Shown piece by piece: positions 1-8,752 of a stretch of DNA of 64,000 nucleotides. How positions within the stretch are numbered: the stretch's first letter is position 1; the number at the start of each line of letters is the position of its first letter. The DNA lies in the IMG/VR virus record IMGVR_UViG_3300037322_000284; one strand, written 5' to 3'. Source of the stretch: an uncultured virus (IMG/VR IMGVR_UViG_3300037322_000284) (lineage: Duplodnaviria > Heunggongvirae > Uroviricota > Caudoviricetes). A program made the position numbers and the translations under genes. The notes under the pieces were generated by a model, which was not told the origin of the DNA, did no database searches, and saw only the letters and a list, made by a program, of their open reading frames with translations.

Positions 1-1
1 A

Positions 2-676
2 GACATTATTACAGAGTTTTATAATATTGTCAATTCAACAGGTTTTATCCCTTGTGGACATAATATTATTTCATTTGATATGCCCACCATTAGACTAAAG
101 GCATTTGAAAGTAGTGTTGATTTGAACCTATTAAATGAGAGAGTGACAGATAGTGAACAGAAACCTTGGATACTGTCTGAAAATATGTTCGATACAATGA
201 CCATTACTAAAGGTACTTATTATTACAACTTATCTTTAGATGCGATGTGCTTTTTAGGAGGTGTAGACACCCCCAAAGATGGAATTTCAGGTGCAGATGT
301 TTCAAGAGTTTACTACGAGGGAGGAATTAAAGAAATATCCGAGTATTGTAAGAAGGATGTAAAAGCAGTTGCTGAATTATTTTGCAACTTACAAGGTAAA
401 AAAGGCTTTATTAAAAATGTAGTTGATAGGACAGAAATTAAAATGATTGAACAGCCCCTACCAGTAAAGTTATTTAACTTAAAGCAATTAACTCTTGAAA
501 CTTTAGGCGAACTAAAAGATATAGTTAAAAAGAAAAAGCCGACAAAAAAAGATAAAGAGATTATCTTAGAAATACTTAAAGCTTCTCTTTCAGACATTAA
601 TCAAGACTTTGGAAAAGTAAAAAACGAGATAGATGTGAATAAAATAATTGAACAACTAAAAACCATTATTGGGTAA
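2..676 (+). CDS. 3'-5' exonuclease related to PolB exonuclease (DNA_pol_B_exo2-like), 5'-truncated by window edge
   Basis: Frame open from position 2; motifs GHNIISFDMP (ExoII), DTM, SLDAMC, GVDTPK, ISEYCKKDV (ExoIII). Confidence 0.8.
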   Translation, partial: DIITEFYNIVNSTGFIPCGHNIISFDMPTIRLKAFESSVDLNLLNERVTDSEQKPWILSENMFDTMTITKGTYYYNLSLDAMCFLGGVDTPKDGISGADVSRVYYEGGIKEISEYCKKDVKAVAELFCNLQGKKGFIKNVVDRTEIKMIEQPLPVKLFNLKQLTLETLGELKDIVKKKKPTKKDKEIILEILKASLSDINQDFGKVKNEIDVNKIIEQLKTIIG

Positions 677-719
677 TTACAAACAATTTAATCTATTTGG
701 AGATTACATTTCTTTTCCT

Positions 720-727
720 TATCTTTG
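720..727 (+). promoter_or_regulatory. Bacteroidota primary-sigma -7 promoter box TATCTTTG
   Basis: Matches TAnnTTTG. Similar boxes occur on + at about 1717, 3360, 6220, 7335, 8237, 11097, 17674, 23446 and 27330. Confidence 0.7.
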
Positions 728-733
728 TGGCTA

Positions 734-822
734 AGTTTGAATTCGGACGCAAACTAATAAGAAACAGCCTCATTTTAAAGTAATTACATCGTCCGAACTT
801 GGTGTAGTGAAATTGATGAGGC
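734..822 (+). promoter_or_regulatory. Two-hairpin kissing-loop leader element
   Basis: AGTTTG/CAAACT stem with loop TTCGGACG (742-749), complementary to CGTCCGAA (790-797) in the loop of a second stem GCCTCAT(767-773)/ATGAGGC(816-822). Confidence 0.6.
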
Positions 823-841
823 ATTTTTATTTTAAAGACAC

Positions 842-1022
842 ATGCCAAAAAAATTTTATATGGGAACAAGAAGAGAAGTTAAAAGAAGATTTAATATTGA
901 AGAGGTATAAACCTGCATTTTTATTTGGTGGTTACACAGAATGCTATGGAGTTGAAAATTTTAAACAGATATATGAAAAACTTAAAAGAATTGAAGAAGA
1001 TAGAATTACCGAGAAAGTATAA
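842..1022 (+). pseudogene. Deletion remnant of a GIY-YIG/T5orf172-like homing endonuclease
   Basis: ATG 842 (MPKK) is out of frame with a fragment WEQEEKLK...YKPAFLFGGYTECY that resembles the C-terminus of such endonucleases. Confidence 0.5.
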
Positions 1023-1704
1023 GGCAACATTACCAAAGTATGAAAAATATAATAATTGGCAAAAGGTTAGTTATTCACAACTAGGTTCAATAAAAGAGTA
1101 TAAGGCAGGTTATATACAAGATTACATCTTAGGGGTTGGTAATGGGGAAGCGGGAATTTTCGCATCGTATGGGAGTGCTGTAGGTGAATACTTTGAAAAA
1201 GGGGAATTTAATGAGTTGCTTTCAGATTTTGATATTGAAACAATTGGTAGAATTAAAAAACATAAGACATCAACATTTGAATCAGAGATTGTTATTGATT
1301 TAGAGCCATTTGGACTTGAAAAAACTTGTTTACAAGGATTTTCTGACCACGAGTTTATTTTAAAGAGTGAGAAGTTTATAGAAGACCTTAAAACAGGAAA
1401 TTCTACTAACATGCAAGATAAGTATGGGAATATGTTAAAATATTATCAAACTCGTATTTATGCTTACCAAAGAGAAAATGAGGGAGAGGTTATTGGAGGC
1501 TGTAAAGTACTGCACTTAGGACGTAAAGGGAATAACACGGTTAGAGGAGATAAAAACTGTCTAAGATTGAATGGGGACATTGATGAGATTGAGACTCCTT
1601 ATAAAAGAGAAGATGTAGAGAAGTACCTTAGAGAGGTAGTAGTACCTAGCTGTGAAGAAATTTCAGATTATTTTCAAGTTTATCAAAAATATTTTGCACA
1701 GTAA
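973..1704 (+). CDS. PD-(D/E)xK nuclease (RecB/Cas4-like exonuclease)
   Basis: SYSQL, E, LQGFSD, IEDLKTG, YQTRIYAY motifs; probable start at M973. Confidence 0.75.
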   Translation: MKNLKELKKIELPRKYKATLPKYEKYNNWQKVSYSQLGSIKEYKAGYIQDYILGVGNGEAGIFASYGSAVGEYFEKGEFNELLSDFDIETIGRIKKHKTSTFESEIVIDLEPFGLEKTCLQGFSDHEFILKSEKFIEDLKTGNSTNMQDKYGNMLKYYQTRIYAYQRENEGEVIGGCKVLHLGRKGNNTVRGDKNCLRLNGDIDEIETPYKREDVEKYLREVVVPSCEEISDYFQVYQKYFAQ

Positions 1705-1826
1705 ATAAAATAGTAATATCTTTGTAGAGAAGAAAGAGACGGATAAGAAATAATCCCAATAATTGAGTTGGTGTAAATAGTAAACTTTCTGTTTTAATGT
1801 TTTTGCCGAAAAAATAAATATAAAAA

Positions 1827-2072
1827 ATGAAAATTATAGGCAAACAGAAAAAAGAAATTAAAGACATTATATTTAAAAATTTCTATTTTGTTGAGATAGA
1901 AACTATAAATGATAGTTCTTCGTTGTATGCAGATTTAGATTTCGATGTTCTAGATTTAATAGACTTAATGATGAGAATAGAGTCTCACTTTGGAATCACA
2001 ATACCTAGTTCTTATTGGGAAGATGTAGAAACTGTAGAAAATATTTATAAAATTGTAAATGATTGGTTGTAG
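1827..2072 (+). CDS. Acyl carrier protein-like protein lacking the attachment Ser
   Basis: ADLDFDVLDLIDLMMRIESHFGITIP...VETV aligns to ACP DLGxDSLDxxELxMxxExxFGIxIP...TV, with DSL replaced by DVL. Confidence 0.75.
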   Translation: MKIIGKQKKEIKDIIFKNFYFVEIETINDSSSLYADLDFDVLDLIDLMMRIESHFGITIPSSYWEDVETVENIYKIVNDWL

Positions 2073-2209
2073 ATAAAAGTATTAAAGCTTCGAGGTCTTT
2101 TCTCAACTAAGTTGATTAGAAGACTACGCTACCGAAATGACAAGTGAACGCCCAAGCGTTATTTTTTAAAGTGGAGAAACGGGCTGTAAAAGCAACACCT
2201 CCAAATAAG

Positions 2210-2288
2210 GGAGAAATAGCTCAGTTGAATAGAGCATCAGTTCGTTAGGGAACAGAATGTATCGAGGGTTTGAACCCATCTTCTTCCA
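2210..2288 (+). tRNA. Degenerate/pseudo tRNA with atypical anticodon arm
   Basis: Acceptor GGAGAAA/TTCTTCC; D arm TAGCTCAGTTGAATAGAGC; T arm GAGGG-TTTGAAC-CCATC; 20-nt anticodon arm, identity unassignable. Confidence 0.55.
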
Positions 2289-2522
2289 CGAATCAACAAT
2301 ACGAATCATTGTAGTATCTACTTTGGAGGTCAAACCTCATTAAAAAATGAATTGTAGTTTGCGATTGAATTTTAAAAAGACCGAAAGCTTTAACAGTATC
2401 AAGATTGAGAATAGAAATAAATTCTATTTAGATACCTCAACGTTCTGTATAAAAGTAATTGGAGAGAGTGTATTTTTAACTCTTATTTTTTATTTTCGGC
2501 GAAAAAATCAAAAACAGTAAAT

Positions 2523-2972
2523 ATGAAAACACCAACATTAGAACAAGTAAAAGAACATTTTAAAAACGCAAAAGAGGTAAAATGTTTATCAAGTGGATAC
2601 ATACACGATTTAACTAAAATTGAAATAACTAGAGATATTCACGAATGGGAAGAAGACGGGTTTTGGATTGATGCAAATATTACTGGACGTAATATACAAC
2701 TACATAGTACAACAAAAGGATTTACTGAAATCATATCATATAAAACAGAATTTACACACTTAGAAGAAATTGAAGTAGCTTACGACCCCAATAATTGGAT
2801 AAAAGGTAAATTTGTTGGAAAAACATCTAAAGGTTTATTTGTTGTAGAAGATTGGCAAGGAGGAATAAGGAAATATAAATATGTTCGTAAAATTGACGAA
2901 TCAAAAAATAAAGCGATATTAGAAATTAGAGAAATGATGAGTTTAAATAACATTAAAAAACAAGAATTGTAA
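2523..2972 (+). CDS. hypothetical protein
   Basis: 149-aa ORF with A-rich leader, co-oriented with neighbours. Confidence 0.7.
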   Translation: MKTPTLEQVKEHFKNAKEVKCLSSGYIHDLTKIEITRDIHEWEEDGFWIDANITGRNIQLHSTTKGFTEIISYKTEFTHLEEIEVAYDPNNWIKGKFVGKTSKGLFVVEDWQGGIRKYKYVRKIDESKNKAILEIREMMSLNNIKKQEL

Positions 2973-3301
2973 TGAACAACCTATTTAAAAAAGAAAAAGC
3001 TATTGAATTAGACGCTAACTATAGTTTAGAGACTGATGGTGGTAATGGTGTATCTTTAGTGTTTCAAGAGGAAAGGCAGAAAGGAAAAACTGAAAAGATA
3101 AATGGTAAAATCGCAAAAACAGGTGAAACAGAGGCTTTTGTATTTAAAGATGCTTGGTTTTTTAACACTGTTGGACAAGCGTTGTCAAAGTATTTAGAAC
3201 TATCACAAAATTCGTCAAAGATATTAGAGGAAGTAGTTGTAAAAACAGATGAGATTTTGAAAATAATTCAAGATTTTAGAAGAGATTATAAAAATTGGTA
3301 A
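2972..3301 (+). CDS. hypothetical protein
   Basis: 109-aa ORF, TAATG overlap with upstream gene. Confidence 0.7.
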   Translation: MNNLFKKEKAIELDANYSLETDGGNGVSLVFQEERQKGKTEKINGKIAKTGETEAFVFKDAWFFNTVGQALSKYLELSQNSSKILEEVVVKTDEILKIIQDFRRDYKNW

Positions 3302-3439
3302 AACAAAATTTTTAACAAACAATCACTCTAATAGATTTGCACAAAAAGAATTAAAGTGTTACCTTTGTTTCAAGAGATGTCAGAGACATTGAGCATTAAG
3401 ACTAGCCTTTTCTAAGGGGTCGTTTCTGCAAAAAATAAC

Positions 3440-3472
3440 AAGACGGTTGGTTTATTCCTGTCCGTCTTTTTT
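3440..3472 (+). terminator. Terminator/attenuator-like hairpin in nrdB leader
   Basis: AAGACGG...CCGTCTT followed by T tract. Confidence 0.45.
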
Positions 3473-3500
3473 GTCCCTTAATAAATAATAATAATTTAAA

Positions 3501-4472
3501 ATGAGTATTTTTACAGAGAGAAAAAACTACAAGCCATTTGAATATCCCGAAGCAGTGGATATGATGGAAAAAATGAATCATACCTATTGGCTCCACTCTG
3601 AGTTAACATTTAATGGTGATAAAAACGACTACCTAAACCTATCAGAACTTGATAGAGAAGCAGTTAGGAGAAGCCTATGTGCAATTTCAACGATAGAAAT
3701 ATCCACAAAGACTTTTTGGCAACAACTAGGAGAGCATTTTCCTAAACCTGAATTTTCTATGCTTGGTGTTACAGCAGGTGAATCTGAGTGCAGACATTCC
3801 GAAAGTTATAGTAGATTGCTGACATTGCTTGACTTGGAAAAAGATTTTGTCGAGTGTTTAGAAATACCCGCATTGAAAGGTAGATTTAGTTATTTAGAAA
3901 AATACTTAAAATTGTCCCCTCACAATTCAGATAGAAAAAAGTATATAACCAAATTAATTTTATTTTCTGTACTTATTGAAAATGTTTCTTTGTTTAGTCA
4001 ATTTGCTACAATCATGTACTACTACCGACAGCACGGCTTAATGAAAGATGTGAGAAACATTATAAAGTGGACTGCCATTGATGAACAACTTCACTTTAAT
4101 ATTGGTGTGATGATTATTAATATACTTAGAAAAGAGCACCCTGAGATATTTGATGAGCAATTAAATGAAGTAGTTAGAAAAGCTTGTATAAAATCTGTCA
4201 AACACGAAAAAGAAATACTTGATTGGATTTTTGAAAAGGGGGAGTTAGAAAACCTGACAAAACAAAACCTTTTAGACTATATGCAAAGTAGAGTAAATGA
4301 CTCTATGAAAGCTATGAAATTTGATAAAGTTTTTGAAGATGTGGGCGACTTAACAAATACAGATTTTTTCTTTGAAGAAGTTTTTGCAGATAGCCAAGAT
4401 GATTTTTTTGCACTAAGACCCGTGGATTACACATTGAATGATGTGAGTATTACACAAGATGATTTATTTTAA
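3501..4472 (+). CDS. nrdB: Ribonucleotide reductase beta subunit (class Id/NrdBi-like)
   Basis: YKPFEYP, ExRH..Y, IENVSLFSQF, DEQLH, C-terminal DFF..RP..Y; first ligand region IEISTK. Confidence 0.95.
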   Translation: MSIFTERKNYKPFEYPEAVDMMEKMNHTYWLHSELTFNGDKNDYLNLSELDREAVRRSLCAISTIEISTKTFWQQLGEHFPKPEFSMLGVTAGESECRHSESYSRLLTLLDLEKDFVECLEIPALKGRFSYLEKYLKLSPHNSDRKKYITKLILFSVLIENVSLFSQFATIMYYYRQHGLMKDVRNIIKWTAIDEQLHFNIGVMIINILRKEHPEIFDEQLNEVVRKACIKSVKHEKEILDWIFEKGELENLTKQNLLDYMQSRVNDSMKAMKFDKVFEDVGDLTNTDFFFEEVFADSQDDFFALRPVDYTLNDVSITQDDLF

Positions 4473-4492
4473 ATAATTAATAACGAACAAGA

Positions 4493-6145
4493 ATGGAGTT
4501 TAAACCATATTGGTGGTACAATAAAGAAAGTGCAGATATGCTAAAAAGAGGGTATTTGCTGGAGAATCAAACAGTAGAGGAAAAATTAGATAAAATCTGT
4601 ACAAGAGCCTCTGAAATATTAAAAAGACCTGATTTAAAAGAGGGGTTCAAAGAAGTTTTTGTAAATGGTTGGGCATCGTTAAGTTCGCCTATTTGGGCAA
4701 ATTTTGGAGAGGATAGGGGTTTACCTATAGCGTGCTTCTCTAGTTTTGTACCCGACAGTCTATTAGGTATATATGACTCTTTGAAGGAGGTAGCTGTTAT
4801 GACTCAACAGGGGGGAGGTACTTCGGGCTATTTTGGAAATTTGCGTGAAAAGGGTGCGCCAATTAAAGGTGGGGGTAAATCATCTGGTACTGTTTCTTTT
4901 GTGAGTCAATTTGACAAGACAATTGAGATTGTGAGTCAATCAGGGGTTCGTAGGGGAGCTTTTGCAGCATACTTGGACATCAATCACTCTGAAATAAAAG
5001 AGTTTCTTAAAATTAAAGATAAAGGAAACAGTATGCAAACTATAAATACTGCTGTGAACGTACCTGATTGGTGGATGGAAGAGATGATTGCAGGAGACAA
5101 AGACAAAAGAGATGTTTGGGCAACTGTTATTAGGTCAAGAAGGGAAAAGGGTATTCCATATATTCACTTTATTGACAACGTGAATAATAATGCACCCCAA
5201 GTCTATAAAGACAAAGGGATGAGAATAAACCAATCAAATCTGTGCCAAGAGATAGAACTGTCAACTGATGAAACAGAGTCTTTTGTTTGCTGTTTACTTT
5301 CTATGAATCTCTATACTTACGATGATTGGAAAAACACCAACGCAATTGAATTAATGGTTTATTTTTTAGATGCAGTTATGGAAGATTTTATACAAAAAGC
5401 ATCTAGTATGAGTGGTATGGAAAGGGCTGTAAAGTTTGCTGTCAATCAAAGAGCTTTAGGTTTGGGTGTTTTAGGTTACTACTCTTACTTGCAAAAAAAC
5501 ATGATTGCTTTTGAATCTTTTGAAGCTATGCAATTAAATTCAAAAATTTTTAAAGACTTACAAGAAAAAGCATATAAAGCTTCCGAAAAATTAGCTGTTG
5601 AGTACGGTGAACCTGAATTATTAAAAGGGTATGGTAGAAGGAATACGACACTGATAGCCTTAGCACCTACAACATCTTCAAGTTCAATTTTAGGGCAAGT
5701 TTCACCAAGCATAGAGCCTTACAAATCAAACTATTTTGTAGTAGGTTTAGCAAAAGGCTCATTTACAAGAAAAAACCAAGAGTTGTTAAAACTTTTAAAA
5801 ACTAAGGATAAGGATACTAAAGATGTTTGGGAGCAAATTATTAAAAATAAAGGTTCTGTACAGTTCTTGGACTTTTTAAGTGATAACGAAAAGGCAGTCT
5901 TTAAAACATTTGAAGAGATTTCTCCGTTAGCTGTTATACAACAGGCTTCTATCAGGCAAAAGTTTATTGACCAAGGACAAAGTTTAAACCTGTTAATACC
6001 AAATGAAGTTGAGATTAAACAAATTAATAGTTGGATGATTGAGGCGTGGAAACTAGGGATAAAAGGTTTGTATTATCAGCGTGGTACATCAATCGCAAAA
6101 GACCAAGTTTTAAAAATGCTAGATTGCACTGCATGTGAATCTTAA
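4493..6145 (+). CDS. nrdA: Ribonucleotide reductase alpha subunit, short and lacking an ATP cone
   Basis: PIACF, GGGTS, RRGA, SNLCQE, APTTSSS, DQGQSLN, LYY, C-terminal CTAC. Confidence 0.95.
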   Translation: MEFKPYWWYNKESADMLKRGYLLENQTVEEKLDKICTRASEILKRPDLKEGFKEVFVNGWASLSSPIWANFGEDRGLPIACFSSFVPDSLLGIYDSLKEVAVMTQQGGGTSGYFGNLREKGAPIKGGGKSSGTVSFVSQFDKTIEIVSQSGVRRGAFAAYLDINHSEIKEFLKIKDKGNSMQTINTAVNVPDWWMEEMIAGDKDKRDVWATVIRSRREKGIPYIHFIDNVNNNAPQVYKDKGMRINQSNLCQEIELSTDETESFVCCLLSMNLYTYDDWKNTNAIELMVYFLDAVMEDFIQKASSMSGMERAVKFAVNQRALGLGVLGYYSYLQKNMIAFESFEAMQLNSKIFKDLQEKAYKASEKLAVEYGEPELLKGYGRRNTTLIALAPTTSSSSILGQVSPSIEPYKSNYFVVGLAKGSFTRKNQELLKLLKTKDKDTKDVWEQIIKNKGSVQFLDFLSDNEKAVFKTFEEISPLAVIQQASIRQKFIDQGQSLNLLIPNEVEIKQINSWMIEAWKLGIKGLYYQRGTSIAKDQVLKMLDCTACES

Positions 6146-6167
6146 ACATAACAATTCTAAATAAGAG

Positions 6168-6194
6168 AAGGTAGTATTAATTTACTACCTTTTT
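6168..6194 (+). terminator. Intrinsic terminator after nrdA
   Basis: AAGGTAGTA/TACTACCTT stem plus T tract. Confidence 0.7.
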
Positions 6195-6219
6195 CTTTGT
6201 TTATAAATTAAATGTTTTT

Positions 6220-6268
6220 TATCTTTGTAGGAGTAGAAAAGACTGTTTTATTTTCTTTTTTGCGGAAA
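6220..6268 (+). repeat. ~50-bp promoter-containing repeat, second copy at about 27330-27377
   Basis: TATCTTTGT..GTAGAAAAGACTGTTTTATTTTCTTTTTTGCGGAAA present at both loci. Confidence 0.75.
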
Positions 6269-6423
6269 AAATAACCAAGGCTACACTGTTAAGGTGAGTA
6301 AGCGAAAGTTTAAATTGAAAAGTCAAATTGAGAAATAATTTAAAGAGCGAGAAGAATACGAAAACGATGCGACCAATATTTTAATGGAAGCGCACGGATT
6401 AATTAATCAAAAGTATTAGTAAA

Positions 6424-7275
6424 ATGATAAATAAAGCAGACAAATACCTTAAAGAAACATTACTAGAAATATTAGAAGAGGGTACAATTGATAAGAACCC
6501 AAGACCAAAATATGAAGACGGAGAGCCCGCTTTTAGTAAGTTTATAACACAAAAAGTATTTGAATACGATTTACAAGAAGGCGAATTTCCAATACCCACT
6601 CTACGTAAGACTGCGATAAAAACAGGTATTAAAGAAATACTTTGGATTTACCAAAAGCAAACATCAAGTTTAAAGACCGCAAGAAAGTTAGGTATTAATT
6701 GGTGGGATAATTGGGACATTGGTAATGATACGGTGGGTAAACGTTATGGCGCAACCGTTGCTGAATACGACATTATTGAAAATGTACTGTACGAATTAGA
6801 GCATAATAAATTTAGCAGGAGACATGTAGTTAATTTATACCAATATAGAGATTTTGAAGAAACTAAAGGGTTATACCCTTGTGTATTTTTATCCATGTTT
6901 GCCGTTCGTGAAATTGACAACGTTAACTATTTAGATCTAATGGTTGTTTCTCGCTCATCTGATTTTATTACTGCGGGATTTATAAATCAAACACAATATG
7001 TAGGTTTACTTATGATGATTGTGGGGCATTTAAATACAGTTACAGAAGAAAATTGGGAAATAGGTAAATTTATGTTTGTGGTTAATGATATCCACATGTA
7101 TCTGTCGCACAGACACACTGTCAAAGAGGTTCTACAAAGAGAATCTTTAGACATTCAACCAACTATGTCACTTAAAGTGAATAAAGACTTCTTTGATTAC
7201 ACTATTGAGGATTTTGAGTTTAGTGGTTTGGAAAATATATTACCTTTAAAAAATAAATTAGAGCTTGCAATTTGA
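6424..7275 (+). CDS. thyA: Thymidylate synthase
   Basis: EILW, YG, SRR, LYPC (catalytic Cys), SRSSDF, N..QY, HMY motifs. Confidence 0.92.
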   Translation: MINKADKYLKETLLEILEEGTIDKNPRPKYEDGEPAFSKFITQKVFEYDLQEGEFPIPTLRKTAIKTGIKEILWIYQKQTSSLKTARKLGINWWDNWDIGNDTVGKRYGATVAEYDIIENVLYELEHNKFSRRHVVNLYQYRDFEETKGLYPCVFLSMFAVREIDNVNYLDLMVVSRSSDFITAGFINQTQYVGLLMMIVGHLNTVTEENWEIGKFMFVVNDIHMYLSHRHTVKEVLQRESLDIQPTMSLKVNKDFFDYTIEDFEFSGLENILPLKNKLELAI

Positions 7276-7344
7276 CAAAATTTGTTTCATGTTACAACCA
7301 TTGTCAAACATTTGCGTGGTAGGGGTAATAGTGGTATCTTTGCT

Positions 7345-7900
7345 ACAAGTTAAAGGAGAAATCCTCTTGAGCAGTAAAATAAGATTATCTACCACCATAG
7401 ACCAATCATCAAAAATAAAGTAAGGGTTAAACCTCGCATAAATAAGATGGGATAATAGGAACATGGTGGTGTTTTTAGAGTCCTATTTTTAGTTTAGCGA
7501 GGTTTTCTGTTTTTAGCCCATAGGGGTGTACATTAAGTTTGTACAATCACATCCTTGATAGTCGGGTTGAGGAAACCGCTTACTAAAAGGAGTTGACGGA
7601 GGGTTAATAATTGCAGGATTGAAATAATATCCAAAAATAGTGATGAAGTTGTCCCCTCTACCTAGAAAGAATTGCTTATATATAAACTTGTGGGCGTGTT
7701 AAGACAGAACAGTGTAAAAAGGGTGGTTCTGCAACGTTTGGGTGAACGAGGGAGTGATACAACCTCAACGTACAGCATAGGGGAAATTATAAGTTTAAAT
7801 CGCCGTCAATAAAAAAGAGACAGAATCTATAAATAGGTAAACTGTTAGAGAGAAATGACGGTTAACGAACTTTGAAGGAGGTTCTAAAGGGGTTTCCTAT
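7345..7900 (+). ncRNA. Candidate large structured non-coding RNA (strand inferred from upstream promoter)
   Basis: No credible ORF; promoter TATCTTTG at 7335-7342; many nested and long-range helices (see findings). Confidence 0.5.
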
Positions 7901-8272
7901 GTCCGATAATTTTTTACAGTTTGTATCCCAAGTATCGTACTTTAACGATAATTTATTTATTTTCGGCGAAATCAAGAATCTACAGTTTCTTTTACCGTTT
8001 TTATTTAAGGGGGTCTCCGCCGAATTATTATATTTTTATCAAAAAGTTAGTTACTAATAAATCTCGCAAATTTCCGCAAACAAAGGTAAAGAACAGTAGA
8101 AACAACAAAAACGGATTTTTTATTACTATTGTGGGCTCTCTAAAAGTGTTAAATTGATAAATAAACTAACTAATCCATAACAATTCTAAATAACAAATAT
8201 TTCTACTTTTTTGTTTGCAGTTGATAAATAAAACACTATCTTTGTAGAAGCAAAATTAATATTATAAAAACT

Positions 8273-8416
8273 ATGTTAAATCAACTAATACACTTAGTAA
8301 GTCTCTCAGATAATATATATTTGCAGAGAAAATTAGAAGAAGTACAAAAAATTTTAATGGAAACTCCTAGCGATGTAATTTTAGGAGAAAAGATTAGAAA
8401 GTACTTGCAGAATTAA
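8273..8416 (+). CDS. small hypothetical protein (47 aa)
   Basis: ATG directly after promoter 8237; read by eye, below ORF-track cutoff. Confidence 0.55.
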   Translation: MLNQLIHLVSLSDNIYLQRKLEEVQKILMETPSDVILGEKIRKYLQN

Positions 8417-8460
8417 AAAATAAGTAATACATTTGTAAAACAACTTAAATTAAAGAAAAA

Positions 8461-8736
8461 ATGAACAGAAAAGAATTATTACAAGCTTCTCTCACAGAAG
8501 AGAAAAACACAACATTAGTAATTGCAAACACCACTAAGGCAGATGCAAAATTCCTAGTTAGAGCAGTACGAGATTTAAACGATTTAGTGGCAGATTTAAA
8601 AGAAAAGTTAGAGATTAGACTGTCTTCAACAGAACCATTAGATAAATCTGTTATAGAAGGACTATATTTCAATATTAAAGACGCTTTAGAAAGTATAGCT
8701 CTTTATGAGGAATTTGAAAAAGAGTACATTGCATAA
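8461..8736 (+). CDS. hypothetical protein
   Basis: 91-aa ORF after TACATTTG box. Confidence 0.7.
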   Translation: MNRKELLQASLTEEKNTTLVIANTTKADAKFLVRAVRDLNDLVADLKEKLEIRLSSTEPLDKSVIEGLYFNIKDALESIALYEEFEKEYIA

Positions 8737-8752
8737 CAAATAAAAAAGCCAT

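Noticed and set aside
6271..6419. Possible gene fragment (EREEYENDATNILMEAHGLINQKY) before thyA
   Set aside because: No start codon and too short to identify.
7276..7900. Group I/II intron, tmRNA or RNase P RNA
   Set aside because: thyA is complete and uninterrupted; I saw no domain V, tRNA-like ends or GAGGAAAGUCC signature.
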